A DNA stretch of 64,000 nt from Saprospiraceae bacterium (GTDB taxonomy: Bacteria > Bacteroidota > Bacteroidia > Chitinophagales > Saprospiraceae). The DNA is taken from contig CBDDLC010000002.1 of assembly GCA_965230495.1 (NCBI GenBank), forward strand, positions 137,029 through 201,028, given 5' to 3'. Positions within the stretch are counted from its first letter, which is position 1; the number at the start of each line of letters is the position of its first letter. This document shows positions 57,013-64,000 of this stretch, piece after piece. Below the pieces are notes generated by a model, which was not told where the DNA came from, searched no databases, and saw nothing but the letters and a program-made list of their open reading frames with translations. Position numbers and translations under genes: made by a program.

Positions 57013-57399
57013 ATGAAGAATAAAATGGAAGAAATAGATCGATTGATTAAAGACACTTTGTCCAGAGAAGAGGCAGAATTCTATGATTCTTTGGAAGAAC
57101 AGAATTTATTTGATATGCTAATGGGGCTTTTTAAGGGAAAAAATGCCTGGTTACTTGTTATTACTAACATTATGACATTTGTCTTTTTGGCTCTATTTGT
57201 ATATAGTTGTGTTCAATTCTTTAATGTTGAGTCGACTGAAGAATTGGTCAAATGGGGATTTGGAGGTTTACTCTTTATTCTTTGTGTAAGTATGCTCAAG
57301 ATATATGCGTGGATGCAAATGGACAAAAAAGCATTACTTCGCGAAATGAAAAGGTTAGAACTTCTTGTTATGTCATTATCAGGCAAATTAGGTGATTAG
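57013..57399 (+). CDS. Small two-TM membrane protein downstream of the ECF sigma gene (possible anti-sigma partner)
   Basis: Position plus two hydrophobic helices. No recognised domain. Confidence 0.35.
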   Translation: MKNKMEEIDRLIKDTLSREEAEFYDSLEEQNLFDMLMGLFKGKNAWLLVITNIMTFVFLALFVYSCVQFFNVESTEELVKWGFGGLLFILCVSMLKIYAWMQMDKKALLREMKRLELLVMSLSGKLGD

Positions 57400-57630
57400 T
57401 TAGATTAAATCTGATGCTCTGTTTTCTGACAAGGAAAAAGAGTTTCCTTTAGTCCAATAGAGAGCTGTATTTAAAAACAGAATCTTAATGGACAAATTGT
57501 GGGCATATTTTTCGATTTTTGTGTTTTACTAATTTAGATAGATGATACGAGCAAGCGAAAAAACCTTTTAACACAAGGGAAATGATTATTTGCGAGTTCC
57601 ATCTGACCGTAAAAATATAAGAATAAACAG

Positions 57631-58899
57631 ATGAATATTCTACTTATTGGTTCTGGAGGCAGGGAGCATGCGATGGCAGCATCGTTAGCAGAAAGCCCTC
57701 TTTGCACTCAACTGTATACTGCTACTGGTAACCCCGGGACAAAAATGTTAGGGACGAATTTGAATATTTCTCAGAATGAGCACCAACAGTTAGTTGACTT
57801 TTGTAGAGGAAACAATATAGAAATGGTTGTAGTGGGCCCTGAAATACCATTAGCAGATGGTATAAGGGATTATTTCGATAGTCATGGCCCTGAGGATCTA
57901 ATTTTTGTGGGACCCGATGCTCAAGGGGCTCGTTTAGAGTCTAGTAAGTCGTTTGCCAAAGAATTTATGTCTAAACATAATATACCTACAGCAGGCTACA
58001 TAGAAATAAGAAAAGAAAACCTTACCGAAGGAATAGATTATATCCGATCTGAAAATGGACCATATGTTCTAAAGGCAGATGGTTTGGCAGCTGGAAAGGG
58101 GGTACTTATAATTGAAGATGCGGAAGAAGCTGTTGGAGAACTCGAAAATATGATCGGAGGGAAGTTTGGAACAGCTTCACATTGTGTAGTTATAGAACAG
58201 TTTTTAAAAGGTATTGAATTTTCGGTATTTGCTTTAACGGACGGAGACAACTACGTAATACTACCGGAAGCAAAGGATTATAAAAGAATAGGAGAGAATG
58301 ACAAAGGGCTAAATACTGGTGGAATGGGGGCCGTATCTCCAGTTCCTTTTTACGATGAGGTGTTGAAGGAAAAAGTCCTAAATCGAATTGTTAAACCGAC
58401 AGTCAAGGGACTTAAATCTGATGGCATAACATATCAGGGGTTTATTTTCTTCGGGTTGATATTAGTAGGTGACGAACCTTTTGTAATCGAATATAATTGC
58501 CGTATGGGAGATCCTGAAACAGAAGTAGTATTTCCGAGAATAAAATCTGATATGGTACGTGCATTTCAGTTGATGAACGAAGGAGGCTTGGATCAATATG
58601 ATATGGTGATAAAGGATAATACAGCAGTAACGGTGATGATGGTTTCTGGTGGATATCCTGAAACATACGAAAAGGGGAAGGAAATCAAAGGTCTTGAAGA
58701 CGTTAATGATAGTCTTGTTTTTCACGCAGGAACAAAGGAGATCAATGGCAAGCTAGTTACGAATGGAGGAAGGGTATTGGCTCTTACATCATTTGGTGAA
58801 GACATTCAGTCTTGTGTAAATAGAAGCTTAGCCAATGCTGAGAAAATATCATTTGAGGGTAAGTATTATCGTAAGGATATAGGAAAGGATTTGATGTGA
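57631..58899 (+). CDS. purD: Phosphoribosylamine--glycine ligase
   Basis: MNILLIGSGGREHA, ATP-grasp motifs (VLKADGLAAGKGV) and EYNCRMGDPE. Confidence 0.95.
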   Translation: MNILLIGSGGREHAMAASLAESPLCTQLYTATGNPGTKMLGTNLNISQNEHQQLVDFCRGNNIEMVVVGPEIPLADGIRDYFDSHGPEDLIFVGPDAQGARLESSKSFAKEFMSKHNIPTAGYIEIRKENLTEGIDYIRSENGPYVLKADGLAAGKGVLIIEDAEEAVGELENMIGGKFGTASHCVVIEQFLKGIEFSVFALTDGDNYVILPEAKDYKRIGENDKGLNTGGMGAVSPVPFYDEVLKEKVLNRIVKPTVKGLKSDGITYQGFIFFGLILVGDEPFVIEYNCRMGDPETEVVFPRIKSDMVRAFQLMNEGGLDQYDMVIKDNTAVTVMMVSGGYPETYEKGKEIKGLEDVNDSLVFHAGTKEINGKLVTNGGRVLALTSFGEDIQSCVNRSLANAEKISFEGKYYRKDIGKDLM

Positions 58900-61358
58900 T
58901 AAAAACATCAGAAATATCAACAATTATTCATGCTCGTATTCTAGGATCAATACCTGATGATTTTGTAGTTAATAAGCTTGTTATAGATAGTCGATCTTTA
59001 ATAGTGGGAGGCAAAGATGTCTTTATTGCTTTTTTAGGACATATTCATGATGGGCATGATTTTTTAGAAGAAATATTTGATAGAGGAATCCGTCATTTCA
59101 TAGTAAGCAAAGTTCCAGAGAAAATATTGGAAGGAGCTACCTATTGGTTGGTAGGAAATACCGTTTCAGCATTACAATTATTAGCCAAAGAGAAACTTAA
59201 TAGATCTAACCTTAAAGAGATTGTGGCTATCACGGGAAGTAATGGTAAAACGGTGGTTAAGGAATGGTTGACACAGATACTTCAATCCAAATATCATGTG
59301 GTAAAATCTCCCAAAAGTTATAACTCTCAAATTGGAGTCCCTCTCTCAGCTTGGGAAGTTAATGACAATCATGAAATAGCAATCTTTGAAGCAGGTATTT
59401 CACAAGTGGGGGAGATGGATAATTTGTTTGACATTCTTCAACCCTCTATTGGCATATTTACTCATTTAGGAGATGCACATAATCAGGGATTTTTTAATAA
59501 AGAAGAAAAGATTAGGGAAAAGATAAGACTCTACCAATCTTGTAAAGTCATCATACTTGATAATGAGGAGAGAGATGTGGTTCGTATATTGAAAAAAACT
59601 TACCCTGATAAAGAAATTATCAATTGGCATTCCGGTATAGAATATGGATCGTTTTCGATAAAGAATATCGGTATAGGCGAGAAAAATACATCGATAAGTA
59701 TTTCTAAGAACCGAAGTTTACATCATGTTATTTTATCTTTTATTGAAAAGTCGAGTGTCCAGAATGCTATAAATTGTATTGTTTGTTCTTTGTATTTGGG
59801 AATGGATATTGATAGGTTGGAGGACGGTTTGTCAAATTTGCAAAGGCTCCAATTTCGTCTAGAAGTTCAAGAAGGTTTGTATGATTCGGTCATTATTAAT
59901 GATACTTACAACGCGGACATTACTTCGTTGGAATATGCCTTGAAATTTATGAACCAACAAGGAGATAGTAGCGAGAAGATGGTGTTTATTACTGAATTTG
60001 ACGAACTTGGGATGAAGGAAGATGAGGTGGTAAAGAAAATTGCTGACCTTCTGAACAAATCTGGTATTTCTATTTGTGTGGCCGTTGGTAAATCTTTAGA
60101 GAAATTGGAAAAATACTTTTTGGGCAAGTACATTTTTTTTTCGAATGTAGATAGTCTTATTAAAGGTTTTGATATGCAGCTGATATACCAAAGGACAATT
60201 TTGGTAAAGTCGGCAAGAAGGTTTAAAATGGAGAGATGGGTAGATAGATTAAGTAAGGCTTTCCACTCAGCAACGTTAGAAGTAGATCTTGATATTATCT
60301 CTAATAATCTAAGCTATTATGCGAGTAAACTTGGTTCTGATACTAAAATAATGGGGGTAATTAAGGCGTCAGGGTATGGTAGTGGAGCATCGGTAGTGGC
60401 AAAATTATTGGAATATAGAAAGTTGGAATATTTGGCAGTGGCCAATATCGATGAAGGAATCCAATTACGAAATACAAATATTCAGCTGCCCATTCTTATT
60501 TTGAATCCGGGACTGGGTAACATCCCACAACTTACTAAATATAGACTTGAGCCTGAGATTTATGGTTTTGAGCAGCTGGAGGAAATAAAACATTTTAGCC
60601 AACACATAGAGAGCCCATTAGGTATTCATATAAAAATAGATACTGGAATGCATCGCTTAGGCTTTTTATCGTCTGACGTCGATGAATTGATTTCTCAACT
60701 TACAAATCTCGAGAAGGTAAAGGTTAAGTCCATTTTTACTCATTTGGCTGCTTCAGATGATCAAAGACATGATGAATATAGCCTCGAACAATTACACATT
60801 TTCGATACTATTTTTAAAAAGTTTTGTGACAGTTTGGGGTATTATCCTTTAAAACATGCCTTGAACACTTCAGGAATTCAAAGGTTTCCACAATATAAAT
60901 TTGATATGGTTCGAATAGGTTTGGGTTTATATGGTGTAAATGAAGAATTAGTCGCTAAGAACAAACTCGTTCTGGCACATGAGCTGACCGCAAGTGTAAT
61001 TCAAACCAAAAATTTGAAGAAAGGAGATACAATTGGATATGGTCGCAAGGGTATAATGCAAAAAGATGGAAGAATAGCAATTGTAAATATAGGTTATGCC
61101 GATGGCCTGATGAGAAATAGTGGTGATGGCAAATATGAGTTTATGATCCGGGGGCATAAAGCACAAATCATAGGTAATATATGTATGGACAGTACGATGA
61201 TAGACATTTCTAATATAGAATCAGTGAATATTGGAAGTAGAGTGACTATATTTGGAAAAGAGGGCGGTATATTTAAACTAGCTAAAATAAACAATACCAT
61301 TCCTTATGAGATAATAAGTCGTATTTCATCAAGAGTAAAAAGGATATATGCTGAATAA
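58896..61358 (+). CDS. murF: Bifunctional UDP-N-acetylmuramoyl-tripeptide--D-alanyl-D-alanine ligase / alanine racemase
   Basis: N-terminal Mur ligase (ITGSNGKTVVKEW, NDTYNA). The C-terminal 360 aa is Alr (VIKASGYGSGA PLP-Lys region, GYADG, MD..MIDI). GTGA overlap with the purD stop. Confidence 0.88.
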   Translation: MIKTSEISTIIHARILGSIPDDFVVNKLVIDSRSLIVGGKDVFIAFLGHIHDGHDFLEEIFDRGIRHFIVSKVPEKILEGATYWLVGNTVSALQLLAKEKLNRSNLKEIVAITGSNGKTVVKEWLTQILQSKYHVVKSPKSYNSQIGVPLSAWEVNDNHEIAIFEAGISQVGEMDNLFDILQPSIGIFTHLGDAHNQGFFNKEEKIREKIRLYQSCKVIILDNEERDVVRILKKTYPDKEIINWHSGIEYGSFSIKNIGIGEKNTSISISKNRSLHHVILSFIEKSSVQNAINCIVCSLYLGMDIDRLEDGLSNLQRLQFRLEVQEGLYDSVIINDTYNADITSLEYALKFMNQQGDSSEKMVFITEFDELGMKEDEVVKKIADLLNKSGISICVAVGKSLEKLEKYFLGKYIFFSNVDSLIKGFDMQLIYQRTILVKSARRFKMERWVDRLSKAFHSATLEVDLDIISNNLSYYASKLGSDTKIMGVIKASGYGSGASVVAKLLEYRKLEYLAVANIDEGIQLRNTNIQLPILILNPGLGNIPQLTKYRLEPEIYGFEQLEEIKHFSQHIESPLGIHIKIDTGMHRLGFLSSDVDELISQLTNLEKVKVKSIFTHLAASDDQRHDEYSLEQLHIFDTIFKKFCDSLGYYPLKHALNTSGIQRFPQYKFDMVRIGLGLYGVNEELVAKNKLVLAHELTASVIQTKNLKKGDTIGYGRKGIMQKDGRIAIVNIGYADGLMRNSGDGKYEFMIRGHKAQIIGNICMDSTMIDISNIESVNIGSRVTIFGKEGGIFKLAKINNTIPYEIISRISSRVKRIYAE

Positions 61359-63633
61359 ATATTCAAATAATAGGAGTAAATTACTAAAATTTTTCTTCGG
61401 GATATATTGTTTATTTATTTTAATGTGTAACCTGAATTCTCAGAAAGCCTTTCCGGATAATGGTAGGGTTTTTAATAATAGTGAAGTCCCAAGAATAGAT
61501 ATCCAGATGGATCAGGATGATTTGGATATGATGCTTGAGCAGGAAAACTGGTTCAAGGATGATTTATACCAAGCACAGTTTAAATGGATAGATGAGGAGG
61601 GAGAGCGGGTTTTGGATAACGTAGGAATTAGATTGCGTGGGAATACCAGTAGATCATCCGGTAAAAAATCTTTTAAGATCAAATTTAAAGCTTTTGATGG
61701 GGAAGAATTCTATGGTTTATCCGATCTTAACCTGAATGGAGAGCATAATGATCCTTCAATTGTACGTGCTAATCTGGCTTTTGATCTATTTGCAAAAGCT
61801 TCGGTGATAAGCCCAAGGACAAATTTAGTAGAGTTATACATTAACAATGAATTTAGAGGTGTTTATGCCAATATAGAACATATTGATAAGGATTTTCTTA
61901 ACGAAAGATTCAATGACCCTTCTGGTAATTTATACAAAATGTATTACGGATGTGATCTCAGTTATCGTGGAGAAGATTCTGAAGAATATAAATACTCATT
62001 AAATGGAAGAGATAGAGTCTATGAGTTGAAGACCAATATAGAAGAAGATAATTACAATAGTTTAGCAAGTTTTATATCTATACTTAATGATCCTACAGAT
62101 CCCGAATTTCAATGCAAACTGGAGAAAGTATTTGATGTTCATTCTTATTTAAGAGCTATGGCCATGGAAGTTATTATTGGCCATTGGGACAATCCTACTT
62201 TTAACAAGAACAACGGATACTTATATGATGATCCCGAAAGTGGAAAATTTTTATACATACCATTTGATGTTGACAATACTTTTGGAATTGATTGGTTTGG
62301 AATTGATTGGACAACCAGAGATTGTTACAACTGGGCGGCTACTTGGGAGGAGAGACCTCTTTACGAAAATATTATTGCCATAGACGAATATAGGGACTGG
62401 TATAGTGAATATTTATATCGCTTCAATAATCAATTTTTGAAAGACTTTGATGAGGAAGCTTATGATTATAGAGATAGAATATCTCATTTGGTTCAGCAGG
62501 ATGACTATTATTCTGCTAGTTATGGATTCACTCACCAAGACTTTTTAAATTCTTTTGATGACGTAGTAGCAGCCAATCATGTAAAGAATTCCCTCATAGG
62601 ATATGTATCTCAAAGAAGTATCTTTTTAGATCAAAATATTCAAATAAGTCAGACAACTCCTTGGATAGCAAATGTAGGAGAATTACCAAAAGATGACGAG
62701 TTGAAGATTACATGTCAGCTTTTAGCCGAAAGTATTCAAAATTTAACCTTGAACTATCAATCTGATAATGGAGATTGGATAGAAAAAAATTGTTCCTTAG
62801 TACAAACAAAAGGAGACACGAGTTTCTTTGAAGTGGTAGTGGAAATAGAAAATACACAAACGATCAAGTACTTTCTTAGTGTTGTAAGTGAAGATATCGA
62901 ACTTACTCGTTGGCCCAGATGTGATAGTGAATTTTTGTTGACCTATTCGTCTGATAAACAACACGTAGTGGTTATTAATGAGTGGATGTCTTCCAATAGC
63001 AATTCTTATGCTGATGAGAAAGGAGAATTCGATGACTGGATTGAAATTTATAATGCGGGTGATGAAGAGGTAGATTTACAGAGATATTATTTGACTGATA
63101 ACTTATCCATTCCTGAAAAATGGAAAATGCCCTCATATAATTTGCTTCCAGATCGATATTTGATTGTTTGGGCAGATAGAGATGAAGAGCAAGGAGAGTT
63201 TCATGCCAATTTTAAATTGGATAAAGGAGGTGAGCAAATTGGTCTCTTTTGGAAAGAGAATGATGTCTTCCATACGGTAGATACTGTTAGTTATCAACAG
63301 ATGGATATGGACAAAACCAAGGGAAGATATCCAAATGGAATAGGAGAATTTATAGATTTGAGTGTTCCAACACCAGGAAGTAATAATACTGGGCTTTCAG
63401 ATACAGGAGAAGAAATCTTGATTTCCAGAAATATGTTTCCTAACCCAACAAATGGGAGGATATTCATCAATGATTTGAAGGAAGTGAAAAGAATAGAGGT
63501 TTATTCATCGGAAGGGAAAAAAGTGCTGAGTATCTTGTTGGACAATGCTAAACAGATAGATTTAAGTCCGTTGCCGTCAGGTCTATATTATTTGAAAACT
63601 AATGTAGCAAATATCCCAATTGTTAAGCTCTAA
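61348..63633 (+). CDS. CotH-family protein with LTD and a T9SS C-terminal sorting domain (paralog of 36148..38538)
   Basis: IRLRGNTSRSSGKKSFKIKF...LNLNGEHNDPSIVRANLAFDLF...VELYINNEFRGVYANIEHIDKDFL. LTD (VINEWMSSN...DDWIEIYN...RYYLTDN...FKLDKGGEQIGL). FPNPTNGRIFI...GLYYLK tail. Confidence 0.8.
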   Translation: MLNKYSNNRSKLLKFFFGIYCLFILMCNLNSQKAFPDNGRVFNNSEVPRIDIQMDQDDLDMMLEQENWFKDDLYQAQFKWIDEEGERVLDNVGIRLRGNTSRSSGKKSFKIKFKAFDGEEFYGLSDLNLNGEHNDPSIVRANLAFDLFAKASVISPRTNLVELYINNEFRGVYANIEHIDKDFLNERFNDPSGNLYKMYYGCDLSYRGEDSEEYKYSLNGRDRVYELKTNIEEDNYNSLASFISILNDPTDPEFQCKLEKVFDVHSYLRAMAMEVIIGHWDNPTFNKNNGYLYDDPESGKFLYIPFDVDNTFGIDWFGIDWTTRDCYNWAATWEERPLYENIIAIDEYRDWYSEYLYRFNNQFLKDFDEEAYDYRDRISHLVQQDDYYSASYGFTHQDFLNSFDDVVAANHVKNSLIGYVSQRSIFLDQNIQISQTTPWIANVGELPKDDELKITCQLLAESIQNLTLNYQSDNGDWIEKNCSLVQTKGDTSFFEVVVEIENTQTIKYFLSVVSEDIELTRWPRCDSEFLLTYSSDKQHVVVINEWMSSNSNSYADEKGEFDDWIEIYNAGDEEVDLQRYYLTDNLSIPEKWKMPSYNLLPDRYLIVWADRDEEQGEFHANFKLDKGGEQIGLFWKENDVFHTVDTVSYQQMDMDKTKGRYPNGIGEFIDLSVPTPGSNNTGLSDTGEEILISRNMFPNPTNGRIFINDLKEVKRIEVYSSEGKKVLSILLDNAKQIDLSPLPSGLYYLKTNVANIPIVKL

Positions 63634-63641
63634 TCTCGATT

Positions 63642-64000
63642 ATGAAACCTCATTGGTGGACATATATTAGAAGTTTTGTTCAGGAAGTGGTGATCGAACG
63701 CACCAGTTCACCACACAACGAATTACTGGAAATTAATTTGGTATCTGGAAGGTATCAATTGTGTACAAAAGAAGCGATCTATTCTTATGCCGATAAATAT
63801 GATAATTTTCGTTTGTCATTCAAGCAAATGAAATCCAAGAATTTTGATTTTGAAAACGTTCTTTTGTTGGGTTTTGGTTTAGGCAGCGTACCCTTTATGT
63901 TAGAAAAAATATTTGATAAGAGTTGCAGATACACCGGAGTAGAGATAGATGAAGAAGTTATTCGATTGGCAAGTAAGTATGTCATAGGAGATCTAAAATC
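63642..64000 (+). CDS. Class I SAM-dependent methyltransferase / spermidine-synthase-like protein (3' end outside the window)
   Basis: An open frame from ATG 63642 runs off the window. It carries LLLGFGLGS (motif I) and GVEIDEEVI (acidic loop). Confidence 0.45.
   Translation, partial: MKPHWWTYIRSFVQEVVIERTSSPHNELLEINLVSGRYQLCTKEAIYSYADKYDNFRLSFKQMKSKNFDFENVLLLGFGLGSVPFMLEKIFDKSCRYTGVEIDEEVIRLASKYVIGDLK

Noticed and set aside
57400-57630. A possible purine- or ZTP-type riboswitch in the 231-nt region upstream of purD.
   Set aside because: I could not find the conserved cores (for example the CCGCCTGGGC-type ZTP pseudoknot element, or the purine riboswitch loop-loop motifs). Only a small hairpin is present (57443-57459), probably the terminator of the upstream gene.

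Overview
AT-rich chromosomal segment that looks like Bacteroidota. Supporting signs: T9SS C-terminal sorting domains, a CarboxypepD_reg-type TonB-dependent receptor, many Cys-lipobox lipoproteins, and a MurF-Alr fusion. I saw no rRNA, tRNA, CRISPR array, transposase or integrase. Most of the window is tightly packed housekeeping. It includes gpmI, moaC/mobA, mlaEF-like ABC genes, hmgA-hppD (tyrosine catabolism), queD, tyrS, ung, a MATE pump, purD and murF-alr. It also holds a complete trpEGDCFBA operon with a DAHP synthase gene attached at its 3' end. That operon is preceded by a 19-codon leader peptide with three consecutive Trp codons and a strong intrinsic terminator, which looks like a classical attenuator. 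The least ordinary part is about 29-45 kb, a lineage-specific envelope region full of paralog sets. It contains a TonB-dependent receptor co-directional with a secreted TonB_C-like protein and an AlkB-type di-iron hydroxylase. It also contains two tandem Cys/His-rich lipoproteins of unknown family, a CotH-LTD-T9SS protein (second copy at 61-63 kb) and two more TonB_C-like paralogs. Further on there is a membrane-spanning winged-helix regulator with reversed ToxR topology. It is preceded by four GTAAA(T/A) direct repeats phased at 10-11 bp. Two tandem lipoprotein paralogs follow, coupled to an ECF sigma factor and a TM/beta-barrel-like protein. A second point of interest is a translationally coupled operon at 20.5-23.6 kb: LolE/FtsX-type permease, HExxH protein, VOC protein, and a membrane-tethered glutathionylspermidine-amidase-type CHAP protein. 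Around 54.1-55.2 kb there is local gene decay, including a frameshifted RibD_C/DHFR-like gene. All functional calls come from reading the translated ORFs for motifs. No database search was run.
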